Virus record (IMG/VR): IMGVR_UViG_3300045988_155520
Location: 224,001-288,000 of that record
From: a virus
Strand: one strand, 5' to 3'
DNA length: 64,000 bases
The translations under genes were made by a program, and so were the position numbers. The notes beneath the pieces are model-generated. The model was not told where the DNA came from. It searched no databases and saw nothing but the letters and a program-made list of their open reading frames with translations. This document shows, piece by piece, positions 31,967 to 40,932 of this stretch; the first letter of the stretch is position 1; each line of letters opens with the position of its first letter.

Positions 31967-32997
31967 ATTTCTGTTCTAAATAAATTATTACTATTATCTT
32001 CAACTATATTTAATATGGTACCAAAGTTAATTTTACTTTCTTGCTTGGTAACTACACCAACGTCATAAGTTGAATTATGATGTTTAACACTTAATCCAGC
32101 ATCTTGTCTATCCTTAATAAACGCCTTGTGAGAGTCTATTCTATTCTCTATGATAGAATTTAAGTCTGTCTTAACAAAGTCTCTCAGATTGCTTTTAATT
32201 ACGTTCTCAAACGTTTTATCTATCTCATATCCGACAGAATTTCTTCCTGTTAACATGGCAGCTTTCATTGTTGTGCCAGTTCCAAGAAAAGGGTCAAGGA
32301 CTTTATCACCTATTACAGAAAACATATTAATTAAGCGATATGGTATCTCCACAGGATATGATGCTGTTCGTTCTCTTCCACAAGATACTTTTAGTTTCTG
32401 AGAATCACCATGAACATTCCATATATTAGTGAACCATTTATTCCTTTCTTCCCAAAAGAAAGCACTTCTCGCACGCAGTTCTTTATCAGATTCAGTTAAA
32501 AACTTTCTTCTATCTCCTTTCCGTAAAATTAAAATCCACTCGTGTTCCAAAGTTACATAAGCACCACATGACAACATGCCACTTCCCATAAACTTATTGG
32601 GAGAATTAGTTTGTTTTAGCCACATTAAATTAGGAAGTGTAACAAACCCCAACTCAGTACATTTATTAATAATTCTTGCAGCATTATTATACAATGCAAA
32701 ATTTCCATTAATTGTTCGTGTTGCATCACCAATATTAATACACATGTAGCACCCATCTTTGAGTACTCGGTAACATTCAGACCATACACAATCTAATTGC
32801 TGGTGCATTAATTCAAAAGCATCAATTGGTCTATCTTTAAGAGAAGTTTCTATTTCAGTATTACCTGCAATAAATAATTCATCCCACATCTCAATCATAG
32901 GATATGGGGGTGATGTTACAACAAGTTCGATAGAATTATCTTCTAATTCTTGCATATCACAAGAAGAACCTATATGGTATTTATGTTCTGTAATCAT
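31954..32997 (-). CDS. DNA methyltransferase, beta class (N4-C / N6-A, ParB-less)
   Basis: 347 aa. Motif IV VVTSPPYP comes before motif I LDPFLGTGTTMKAA, the circular order typical of PF01555-type enzymes. Confidence 0.85.
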   Translation of the reverse strand: MITEHKYHIGSSCDMQELEDNSIELVVTSPPYPMIEMWDELFIAGNTEIETSLKDRPIDAFELMHQQLDCVWSECYRVLKDGCYMCINIGDATRTINGNFALYNNAARIINKCTELGFVTLPNLMWLKQTNSPNKFMGSGMLSCGAYVTLEHEWILILRKGDRRKFLTESDKELRARSAFFWEERNKWFTNIWNVHGDSQKLKVSCGRERTASYPVEIPYRLINMFSVIGDKVLDPFLGTGTTMKAAMLTGRNSVGYEIDKTFENVIKSNLRDFVKTDLNSIIENRIDSHKAFIKDRQDAGLSVKHHNSTYDVGVVTKQESKINFGTILNIVEDNSNNLFRTEICYE

Positions 32998-33016
32998 TCA
33001 ATAATAATTTCTGTTG

Positions 33017-33048
33017 CAAAGATACAAAAATAAAATCAATTAAACAAA
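33017..33048 (-). promoter_or_regulatory. Bacteroidota-type promoter
   Basis: -7 TATCTTTG (33017-33024), -33 TTTG (33045-33048), 20-nt spacer. Confidence 0.7.
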
Positions 33049-33083
33049 AAAAAGAGACAACAAATTTTGTTGTCTCTTTTTTA
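33045..33083. terminator. bidirectional hairpin terminator
   Basis: Near-perfect 12-bp palindrome AGAGACAACAAA / TTTGTTGTCTCT (33053-33077), flanked by A8 and T6. Confidence 0.75.
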
Positions 33084-33085
33084 TA

Positions 33086-33655
33086 TTATTCTTTTATTTC
33101 TTCATGAAATTTTCGTAATATTGACTTCAATTCCAACTTGTATAGTTCTGCTAAATCTTTTGTTCTAAAATAATTTCCTGATTCATAAAGTTCTCTATCA
33201 GGCAAGCTACCTGTTTCAGTCATTGATACCACTTTCATTCTTGAATTAAGATAGAAATATTTTTCATTCTGTTTAGCTCTCCATGTGATATATTCAAGTT
33301 TATAAACTTCTTTATTCCATTTCAAATTTTGACGTTTTAATTTTTCAAAGAATGTACATTGTTCTTCTATTGTAGCATGACGGAACATACTTGAGTCACA
33401 ATTTAATCTTCCATTTCTTTCTATAGTTTCATCAATATGCATCAAAATATGATAATGATAGCATCCTTCTTTATCTTTTTCACCATTATAAATAAACATA
33501 ATGTTAGGTTCATTAGTATGATATCTATCAACTATTAAAACATCACCATTTTTTAAAAAAGGTTGTTTCTTAAATGTAATATAAGTATCTTTGATGATTG
33601 GCTTTAAATATGGTGGCACGTTAATTGTATCACCATCTTGTATTGTTATTTCCAT
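33086..33655 (-). CDS. hypothetical protein (intact member of the DIPDGY / W..AT.EE family)
   Basis: 189 aa. TINVPPYLKPIIKDTYITFKK, FRHATIEEQCTFFEKLKRQNLKWN, YFRTKDLAELY. Confidence 0.85.
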   Translation of the reverse strand: MEITIQDGDTINVPPYLKPIIKDTYITFKKQPFLKNGDVLIVDRYHTNEPNIMFIYNGEKDKEGCYHYHILMHIDETIERNGRLNCDSSMFRHATIEEQCTFFEKLKRQNLKWNKEVYKLEYITWRAKQNEKYFYLNSRMKVVSMTETGSLPDRELYESGNYFRTKDLAELYKLELKSILRKFHEEIKE

Positions 33656-33676
33656 AACTAAATTTAAATATATTAT

Positions 33677-33796
33677 TTATAAATTATCTTCATACCAGTG
33701 ACAACCACATCCATTAGAGTGTGTTGTAATGTGTTCGTCTGCCTTATTAAAAGTTCTCTTAAACTTGTTTACAAAGTTATAAAATATTTTCTTCAT
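33677..33796 (-). CDS. small hypothetical protein (39 aa)
   Basis: Hand-translated MKKIFYNFVNKFKRTFNKADEHITTHSNGCGCHWYEDNL. It fills the gap between two genes. Confidence 0.4.
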   Translation of the reverse strand: MKKIFYNFVNKFKRTFNKADEHITTHSNGCGCHWYEDNL

Positions 33797-33802
33797 GATA
33801 AA

Positions 33803-34294
33803 CTAATCAAAAGAGTTTTTTACTAAATCTTCGATAGCATTACTATCACAATGCCAGTTTTTTATAAAACCATTTTCGTCTACTGACATTATAATATAAT
33901 CACCATAACCTTCATCTTCTGGATAAAGAACATAAGGAACATAACTTTCTACTGAAACCATTACATTATTATCTTTATCCAGTAATGTGTACTCTCCTTC
34001 ATCACACACCTTGTAATGAACAAAAGCAGATACACCTTGTTCCCAATTGATAATTTGTCCAGTATTGATATCAATAATTGGTTGCCATCTATAATGGTCA
34101 GAATAAATATTACTTGTCGGTTTATCTTTTACTTTTACAGCACAAGGCATTTTTGGAACACCTACACCTTCAGTTTCATAAAAATCAATATCTTCTTCAC
34201 CATTGACATCACTATCATTCCAATAACGTACACCAGCATCTACTTTTAAATAATGTACATCCAATTTCTTTTTTACAGTTAATTCTACTTCCAT
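33803..34294 (-). CDS. hypothetical protein
   Basis: 163-aa ORF. Confidence 0.8.
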   Translation of the reverse strand: MEVELTVKKKLDVHYLKVDAGVRYWNDSDVNGEEDIDFYETEGVGVPKMPCAVKVKDKPTSNIYSDHYRWQPIIDINTGQIINWEQGVSAFVHYKVCDEGEYTLLDKDNNVMVSVESYVPYVLYPEDEGYGDYIIMSVDENGFIKNWHCDSNAIEDLVKNSFD

Positions 34295-34305
34295 ATTATT
34301 TATTT

Positions 34306-35832
34306 TTATTTAAAAAACTTAGCGAACTCTTCTCCACCGTACTCATCAGCAGTTAATTTTATAATCTCTCTAATGGTGTACTTTTCCTTATGAGGAGTCA
34401 GCAATCTATTCTCAATAAAGTCTCTTGTACCAGTTGAACATGCGCCAGTAATAGACCTATATGCAACGATTGCTTCCTCAAAAGACAACGTATCATCCAG
34501 TGACAAATTCTTATAATCTGATGTATCTCTATCATTTATCTTATATATAAGGTCAGATTTAGCTTCTGCAAGAGTTGCCCCATGTGACCAATGACCTTCA
34601 CCATCAGTGATAAGATAAAGTGGATTATTTTCTTGCCCAAGTTTATGTACTTTATATACATTACCATGGTGAGAATCAATTACTGAGAAAATACCGTCAG
34701 CATTAATATACCTCACGCCATCTTTCTCCCATAAAGGAACCATATTTTTAATATCATGTATTTTCTTTTCCTGTTCTGGAGAAAGGACTCTATTAACTTG
34801 TGAAACATCTACAATTTCTGGATTATCTATTAAAACACAATCTACAACTGTTAAGTTATCTGGTAGTTCTATTATATCTGAACGATTTAGTTCAAGATAA
34901 TCACCGACAGTTAAGTTGTTAGGTAATTTTTTAATACGACTATTAACCAAAATAAGGCTATCAGTAACAGTTAAATTATCAGGTAGATGCAAATCATTCG
35001 TATGACATAGGTCTATGTCACCATTAACTTTCAAATTATCAGGAAGCGTTGTAATAGGAGTCTCACGAAGCGTAATAGAACCATTAACAACTAAGTTATC
35101 AGGAAGTTCTGTAATATTAGTATAACTTAGGTCCATACCTTCTCCAACTATTATGTTATTAGGTAACTTGGCTATATTTGTGTGATATGCACTGAGATAA
35201 CTACCAACTATCAAATTATCAGGAAGTTTTGTGATATCTGTATTACTTATATTAAGATATCCTCCGACTGTTAAGTTTTTTGGTAATTCTTTAATAGCAC
35301 TATAACTTAAACCAAGGTCTCCAAAAACGGTCAGGTTTTCTGGTAAACTGTTAATATCCGTATATTCCAAGTGAATACTTCTACCAACTGTTAGGTTATC
35401 AGGTAGTTTTGTGATATTACTGTAATCCAAACATAGAGAACCATTAACTATTAAGTTATTAGGTAACTCTGCTATAAACGTATTAATCAAAAATAAATCT
35501 CCGCCAACTTTTAAATTTTCTGGCAATTTTGTGACACCAGTACGGCATAATGATAAAAATCCACCAACTGTTAAATTATTTGGTAATTCTATAATATATG
35601 AATCAGTTAAGTCAAGAAAACCATTAACGGTTAAATTGTCTGGTAACTGACTAATATACTTATTACCAACCAAATCAAGATTTCCGTCATAATAAAACTT
35701 TCCCTCCTTAACTGAAAGTTCACACCAAGTTTCTTTATAGAATTTATCTATTATTTCTTTTTCTCTTTTAGTCATACGTTTTTTCTTTAAAAAATTCGCA
35801 TTTGGTATAAGGGCATTCTTTGAATTGTTCAT
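34306..35832 (-). CDS. LPxNLTV leucine-rich-repeat protein with conserved C-terminal domain
   Basis: 508 aa. About 13 tandem 23-aa units (LPDNLTVGGYLNISNTDITK...). C-terminal about 160 aa (WEKDGVRYINADGIFSVIDSHHGNVYKVHK...GEEFAKFFK) shared with 46974-48443. The true start may be MTKREKEIIDKF at 35775. Confidence 0.85.
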   Translation of the reverse strand: MNNSKNALIPNANFLKKKRMTKREKEIIDKFYKETWCELSVKEGKFYYDGNLDLVGNKYISQLPDNLTVNGFLDLTDSYIIELPNNLTVGGFLSLCRTGVTKLPENLKVGGDLFLINTFIAELPNNLIVNGSLCLDYSNITKLPDNLTVGRSIHLEYTDINSLPENLTVFGDLGLSYSAIKELPKNLTVGGYLNISNTDITKLPDNLIVGSYLSAYHTNIAKLPNNIIVGEGMDLSYTNITELPDNLVVNGSITLRETPITTLPDNLKVNGDIDLCHTNDLHLPDNLTVTDSLILVNSRIKKLPNNLTVGDYLELNRSDIIELPDNLTVVDCVLIDNPEIVDVSQVNRVLSPEQEKKIHDIKNMVPLWEKDGVRYINADGIFSVIDSHHGNVYKVHKLGQENNPLYLITDGEGHWSHGATLAEAKSDLIYKINDRDTSDYKNLSLDDTLSFEEAIVAYRSITGACSTGTRDFIENRLLTPHKEKYTIREIIKLTADEYGGEEFAKFFK

Positions 35833-35909
35833 TCAAATATTTCCAACAATTAACGGTAACTATTCCATCACTACACTGATAGATAGGATGTGTACAATAC
35901 TTAGGTATT

Positions 35910-36469
35910 TCACGCTCCGATTTCATAATGATAATTTTCAAGTGCTTCTTTAATTCTATTTCTCGCTTCTGTGGCTTGTTCATGAGTGCGAAATTGATTA
36001 AAGAAATTGTATCTTTCATTACTCGTGAACAATAAATCTTCTCTATTTTTTTCACTACCAATCATACCAGTAGCTGTAATAAAATAGTAAAATTCGTTTA
36101 CCATTGGTCTCCACCTTGTTTCTTCCACTTTCTTCTCCTCTGCATTCCATTTATATCCTTGCTTTTTCATCTTGTCAAAGAGTAATTGCTTTTCTTCTTC
36201 GGTAGCGTAGGATAAACTACTACCGCTCCACCTATTGCTTGGAGAGTCGCTGACAGAAATCTGATTGTATAATAGTATGAGTGGAACCCCCCTTTATCCG
36301 TACTTTTGTAAATAAAAGCATTATACCTTTTCCCATTTCCAACAGATACGAGAATGTCCCCGTCCTTAAACTCTTGACCTTTCTCAAAAACCACACTCCC
36401 GTCCTTAACGATTGCCTTGCAACCCTCAGGAATAGTGATAGAATCACCACATTTATATATTACTTCCAT
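35910..36469 (-). pseudogene. DIPDGY / W..AT.EE family gene split into two ORFs (36167-36469 and 35910-36170)
   Basis: The upstream ORF gives the family N-terminus SITIPEGCKAIVKDGSVVFEK...FIYKSTDKGG. The -1 frame opens exactly at G6 (36287-36292) and gives ...NRWSGSSLSYATEEEKQLLFDKMKKQGYKWN..., the family C-terminus. The intact paralog 33086-33655 has both in one frame. Confidence 0.6.
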
Positions 36470-36481
36470 AGTTTGTCTGTT

Positions 36482-36853
36482 TTAACCAATTAATTTAATA
36501 TGTTTAATCCCTTTCTCTTTCAGCTCAGCCAATATCATCTTCACTAAGTCGTAATACTTTCGATTCTGAAAAACAATATTAAGAGCATCTTCTGCATCGT
36601 TATGATATTCTTGAACATAATTTGTGATTGCTTCCTCAAAAGCGTAGTTATCGACTCCTTCGTAGTAGTCGCTGAAATCAATAATTGATGTCAGCTCACA
36701 GCACTCTTCATGCCCTTTGAAAGACCATACTTCACCGCTATAGTCTCGGATAAACTGCTTTCGGTACTTTTGCCCTTTGCGGATTTTGCGGCCACATAAG
36801 TCGCAAACATAGTCCTTACGTGCGATAGGCTTAGATTCATCTATTAACTCCAT
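36482..36853 (-). CDS. Cys/His small protein (paralog of 44780-45145)
   Basis: 123 aa. YVCDLCGRKIRKGQKYRKQ...HEECCEL versus HFCELCCCKINIGQKYKKV...HTECYEL. Confidence 0.8.
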   Translation of the reverse strand: MELIDESKPIARKDYVCDLCGRKIRKGQKYRKQFIRDYSGEVWSFKGHEECCELTSIIDFSDYYEGVDNYAFEEAITNYVQEYHNDAEDALNIVFQNRKYYDLVKMILAELKEKGIKHIKLIG

Positions 36854-36856
36854 ACG

Positions 36857-37531
36857 CTAATTAATTAATTCTAACTTAACACTGCATTCACAATTTAAAT
36901 CAGGTAACTTAGCCATAATGATAACACGTACATCCTTGTTTATAATAAACTCACTTGCAGCATAAGGGGCATTATGAACCATCTTAACAGTATCTACCTT
37001 AAAGTACTCCATTACAGACTTTAGAAATTTAAGACGATTAGCAAAGATATGGGCATTTCCGACTTCTATAACACTATCTTCTTCTATAATCTTCTTGCCT
37101 GTTTTCTTTGTTTTGCAAGGTTCAATTTCTCCAGTGCCATAGCATATAGGGCAATCCATCAAGCGTTCATGAGTCTCTCCGTGATTATCTTTGTATTCCC
37201 AATATACTTCACCTTTTCCATCACACTCTTCACATTCCACAGCACCCTCTACTACAATTTCTTCATCAAGCATAGGGCACAATTCAAATGCTTTATTTAA
37301 CGCCTCCATGGTTATTGTCTTTTCACAAGGGAACTCTAACTCAGGAAGAAGGTAATTCTCTTTAGGATATTCTTTGGTAAGAATTTCTGGATTAATTCCA
37401 ATAAATACTTTACCGTCAGTACTCCACACCTCATTGTATTCTGTGTTAAGAAATGGGGCACGTAACAAAGAAATACTATAAAATTCATCGCAGAACAAGT
37501 TTAACAGTTCTAATTCATTCTTGATTTCCAT
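36857..37531 (-). CDS. hypothetical protein with DnaJ-type CxxCxGxG zinc-finger pair
   Basis: 224 aa. Motifs CEECDGKGEV and CPICYGTGEI. Confidence 0.75.
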   Translation of the reverse strand: MEIKNELELLNLFCDEFYSISLLRAPFLNTEYNEVWSTDGKVFIGINPEILTKEYPKENYLLPELEFPCEKTITMEALNKAFELCPMLDEEIVVEGAVECEECDGKGEVYWEYKDNHGETHERLMDCPICYGTGEIEPCKTKKTGKKIIEEDSVIEVGNAHIFANRLKFLKSVMEYFKVDTVKMVHNAPYAASEFIINKDVRVIIMAKLPDLNCECSVKLELIN

Positions 37532-37544
37532 AATTCATTTACTT

Positions 37545-38186
37545 TTAATCTACTAATTCAAAACTGTATGTTACTACCCATGGGTTACTCCCCCATGTGC
37601 CTTTGCCACTGATTTTGTCAATTAATGATATAAAGGCTTCATGTGGGGTATCAAATAGAAGTAATCCGTTTTTATGTACATAATAACCCCACAGACTATC
37701 ATCAGAACATACTTCATCACGATAACGATGATATCCAATACCTTCATGACGACACTCTCCTTCAGAAATATCCTGCAACCTTTCTATCTTCACATCAGTA
37801 ATTCTGATGTGGTGGGGCATCAAGTTGGCTCTGACAAACATTTTATTCGTCCACCCAGCCTTATATTCTCTATTTATAGAACCATCTACATTGATTATAA
37901 TATCGCTGTACTCCGCCATACATTCGATAATATTCTTGTATGGCTGTGCAATCGCAACTATATCACCAACTTCATAATGAGGTTTCCAGCTGCCTAATAC
38001 GCATCCATTTTCATCAACCAAATCCACGCATTGTGTACCTGCATTATTAGTAAGCACATTGAAACTATACACTGCTTTACCATTACAAGTTTTAGGTACT
38101 TTCAACAACCGCCTTGTCATTGTCTTTGTGCCTGTAAGCACTGCCTGTGTGAGGCAGTACTTATCTGAAAACATTATCTTCATCAT
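37545..38186 (-). CDS. ASCH-domain-like protein
   Basis: 213 aa. LTQAVLTGTKTMTRR, HYEVGDIVAIAQPY, HHIRITDVKIERLQDISEGECRHEGI. Paralog of 41983-42588. Confidence 0.6.
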   Translation of the reverse strand: MMKIMFSDKYCLTQAVLTGTKTMTRRLLKVPKTCNGKAVYSFNVLTNNAGTQCVDLVDENGCVLGSWKPHYEVGDIVAIAQPYKNIIECMAEYSDIIINVDGSINREYKAGWTNKMFVRANLMPHHIRITDVKIERLQDISEGECRHEGIGYHRYRDEVCSDDSLWGYYVHKNGLLLFDTPHEAFISLIDKISGKGTWGSNPWVVTYSFELVD

Positions 38187-38189
38187 ACG

Positions 38190-38891
38190 CTAATCAAAAA
38201 GTTCTAAACCTTCTGCAAAATCTGTTCTAAAAGTATAACGTGAGTAATCTTCATTAATCTTTTCAACAGAATGCAGCCAACAGCCTTTGTAAGTATTTCT
38301 ATATGTTTTATCGTCAGGAATCCAAATTAATGTATTGTATTTGTTACTTATTATTGTTTCTTTTAATGATGTTAATGCTATAAAAGAAATTTCTCTTTTT
38401 CCTTCATATTCAGTATGCAATGCGTGGCTTCTTAATGAATTTGTATGTAGTTTAACATCACATTCTTTAATTTCTATATCAAAAAATGGTAAAGATGTAT
38501 ATTTCTGAAAAGGTGAATCATCCTTTTTAATTAGAGAGTATCCACATATATCTTTGTCCCAATATTCTTTTTCACCAAATTCATCAACATATATAACAGA
38601 ATATTCTGGATAACCATGTTCTTTGAGATAATCTTTCAAATGATTATATGCAGTTATTTTAGAATCAATCCAGCCTTTGCTATAAGTGTTAGGATAATCT
38701 TTATTAGTAAACCAATGTCCATCATCTTCATGGATATCAGTAATTACATCTTTATGAAGAACAAAAGCACCACAACCCCAGAGAGCAATGATTGTTTCCT
38801 TGTCATACACGTCAATCTCTCGGATTTCTTCTTCTCTTTGCTGATTATAATTTTCATTCAAATAATCAACTACTTTATTTAAATCAAACAT
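38190..38891 (-). CDS. hypothetical protein
   Basis: 233-aa ORF. Confidence 0.85.
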   Translation of the reverse strand: MFDLNKVVDYLNENYNQQREEEIREIDVYDKETIIALWGCGAFVLHKDVITDIHEDDGHWFTNKDYPNTYSKGWIDSKITAYNHLKDYLKEHGYPEYSVIYVDEFGEKEYWDKDICGYSLIKKDDSPFQKYTSLPFFDIEIKECDVKLHTNSLRSHALHTEYEGKREISFIALTSLKETIISNKYNTLIWIPDDKTYRNTYKGCWLHSVEKINEDYSRYTFRTDFAEGLELFD

Positions 38892-38892
38892 A

Positions 38893-39264
38893 TTATTTTG
38901 TATTAAAATTTGTTCCTAATTCAAGTGCTGCGTTTAAACATTCATTCAACTTTTCTACGAAATATTCTTCTGTTATTTTTGTGTAAGTGGATAACAGGAA
39001 ATCAATAGTAAAACTACATCCATAATCAAAAGAAACTTCTTCATGTTCAATATCAGTAAATACAGTCATATATTTAACGTATCTTCCGTCTATTTCAACT
39101 ATGCGGATAAATGTAGAGTTATATTCGAAACAATCTCCGACTTTCACATTCTTTTCTAATACTGTAGTAAGTTTATCTATTTCATCTCGTAATTTATTTT
39201 CTTCTTGAATAGTTTTTTGAAGCTGGTTCTTCAAACTCTTTATTTTCTGCTCTGTATCATTCAT
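38893..39264 (-). CDS. hypothetical protein, N-terminal coiled coil
   Basis: 123-aa ORF. Confidence 0.8.
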   Translation of the reverse strand: MNDTEQKIKSLKNQLQKTIQEENKLRDEIDKLTTVLEKNVKVGDCFEYNSTFIRIVEIDGRYVKYMTVFTDIEHEEVSFDYGCSFTIDFLLSTYTKITEEYFVEKLNECLNAALELGTNFNTK

Positions 39265-39328
39265 AATTTTATCTTTTTAAATCTATAATATAAAGTTAAA
39301 GAAAATATATTATTTTGCGTTTATAAAA

Positions 39329-39454
39329 TTATCTATCAGTACTTCTGTTTTTAATATCTTTATCATAATCCAAATAACTGGAAAACATTCCATTTTTAAT
39401 AATATCGAAAAGTTGTTTCTTTATAATTTTCTCTTTTTGTTTCGTATAATTCAT
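39329..39454 (-). CDS. small hypothetical protein (41 aa)
   Basis: Hand-translated MNYTKQKEKIIKKQLFDIIKNGMFSSYLDYDKDIKNRSTDR. ATG lies 28 nt downstream of the -7 box of promoter 39482-39513. Confidence 0.5.
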   Translation of the reverse strand: MNYTKQKEKIIKKQLFDIIKNGMFSSYLDYDKDIKNRSTDR

Positions 39455-39481
39455 AATTTTCTTGTTTTAAATTATATTCTA

Positions 39482-39513
39482 CAAAGTTATAAAAAATATA
39501 TCATATAATCAAA
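39482..39513 (-). promoter_or_regulatory. Bacteroidota-type promoter
   Basis: -7 TAACTTTG (39482-39489), -33 TTTG (39510-39513), 20-nt spacer. Confidence 0.65.
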
Positions 39514-39575
39514 TTTTATATAATAAAAAAAGTTAATTCGCAAGAATTTTCATCAAACGAATTAACTATAGTATT

Positions 39576-39950
39576 TTAATCTACTTCTAATGATAGATTA
39601 TATTTTTCAACAAATTCAGTAAGTATCTTTTTAATTTTCTCTCCAAATTCTCTCTGAAAAACCTTAGCATCCGAAAATGAACGTGGACGGTTATCGTAAC
39701 ATTCATATAGTAATCCACGTAGATTGTCTATTTTATTGACATCTTGAATGAAATATTCCAAATTGAAAGTATCAAATGCTTCTTCTCTTAATTTATCTGC
39801 TAAAAAACGTGTATAACCATTAGGAATAATAGAAACATGTATTTCAGATAGCCATTCTTTCTTTTCGGAATTAAATTCTTTAAGATAATATTCTATGTCA
39901 AACATAGTATATTTCTCTCCGTTGGTGTTATATTTTATATAATATATCAT
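39576..39950 (-). CDS. hypothetical protein (tandem paralog)
   Basis: 124 aa. The C-terminus EFVEKYNLSLEVD matches KFVEKYNLILKQ of the neighbour. Confidence 0.8.
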   Translation of the reverse strand: MIYYIKYNTNGEKYTMFDIEYYLKEFNSEKKEWLSEIHVSIIPNGYTRFLADKLREEAFDTFNLEYFIQDVNKIDNLRGLLYECYDNRPRSFSDAKVFQREFGEKIKKILTEFVEKYNLSLEVD

Positions 39951-39957
39951 AATCTCC

Positions 39958-40320
39958 TTATTGTTTTAGAATCAAATTATATTTCTCAACAAATTTCTGA
40001 ACAATATCATTTATCTCTTTATTTATCGCTTCATAGTGTTCTCGAGTTTCTTTAATACGAATAGAATCAACAAAATGTTCTTTACTAATATGTTCTCTAA
40101 TCATTTCAATATCAAGACAATCTTTTGCAAAATCTTGATAGACAAAATTTGCTTCATCTTTTTTCTTCTGCAAGAAATGAATAATACCTGTTGAATAAGT
40201 CGTGACATTTACCTCGTTCTGGTCATATATCTTATTTTTAAAATTTGTTACAACTTCAATACTAAACATTGGATAAAGCCAATTCTGTGATGTATCTTTT
40301 GATGAAATTTCAAATACCAT
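39958..40320 (-). CDS. hypothetical protein (tandem paralog)
   Basis: 120 aa. Confidence 0.8.
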   Translation of the reverse strand: MVFEISSKDTSQNWLYPMFSIEVVTNFKNKIYDQNEVNVTTYSTGIIHFLQKKKDEANFVYQDFAKDCLDIEMIREHISKEHFVDSIRIKETREHYEAINKEINDIVQKFVEKYNLILKQ

Positions 40321-40588
40321 AACTTTTTATTTTATTAATTAAACCATTAAAATCTTCACAATCACTCAAACAAGTATCACATTCAATATTATTGAAATGT
40401 GTATTCTTAAACTCTTCAAGAAGATTAATTACATATTCTTTGCTAATTGTATCTTTCAAATCTTCTTTAGTCAATATCGTCATATTAACATCCACATCAC
40501 CCATTGTTTCAAGGGCAGCCTGCATTTCTTCAACACATTTATTTAACTTCATATATGTTATATTTTTATTTATCGTGAATATTTCCAA
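40310..40588 (-). CDS. hypothetical protein
   Basis: 92 aa, overlapping both neighbours. Confidence 0.7.
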   Translation of the reverse strand: MEIFTINKNITYMKLNKCVEEMQAALETMGDVDVNMTILTKEDLKDTISKEYVINLLEEFKNTHFNNIECDTCLSDCEDFNGLINKIKSYGI

Positions 40589-40925
40589 CGACTACCATTT
40601 TACTATTTAATAGCATTGGTGTTTTACGTGTAGAAGAACCAGAATGATATCCAACATTGAAACATCCATCAGAGAAAACAACGGTTGATTCTTTATTACC
40701 ATGATATCCTGTATGTCTAACAATGTCATTTTCAAAAATAGGTTGTTTATTTTTATCATATACACCACTAAAGTAACAAATTGTTTTACTATCTAATCTT
40801 GTTAAATCGACTTCATAATCTGTTAAATAATAAACAATGGAGAAATGTTTTGATAAATCTAATTCACAATTTACCCATTCTCCTGTATCTTTTGTTTTCG
40901 CTTTGAAAAGTATTGTTCTAATCAT
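40566..40925 (-). CDS. YopX-family protein
   Basis: 119 aa. ILFKAKTKDTGEWV, YFSGVYDKNKQPIFENDIV, VVGNIHD. Confidence 0.7.
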   Translation of the reverse strand: MIRTILFKAKTKDTGEWVNCELDLSKHFSIVYYLTDYEVDLTRLDSKTICYFSGVYDKNKQPIFENDIVRHTGYHGNKESTVVFSDGCFNVGYHSGSSTRKTPMLLNSKMVVVGNIHDK

Positions 40926-40932
40926 ATATCAA

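Noticed and set aside
35768-36061. Track ORFs 35768-36061 and 36232-36450 as genes in the 36-kb split locus.
   Set aside because: They are alternative frames overlapping the two family-matching ORFs and show no similarity to the paralogs.
36857-37531. A sliding-clamp-like C-terminal region in the DnaJ-zinc-finger protein (FANRLKFLKSVM...VRVIIMAKL resembling DnaN C-terminal motifs).
   Set aside because: The resemblance rests on a short hydrophobic pattern recalled from memory. The protein is far too short for a clamp, so no call is made.
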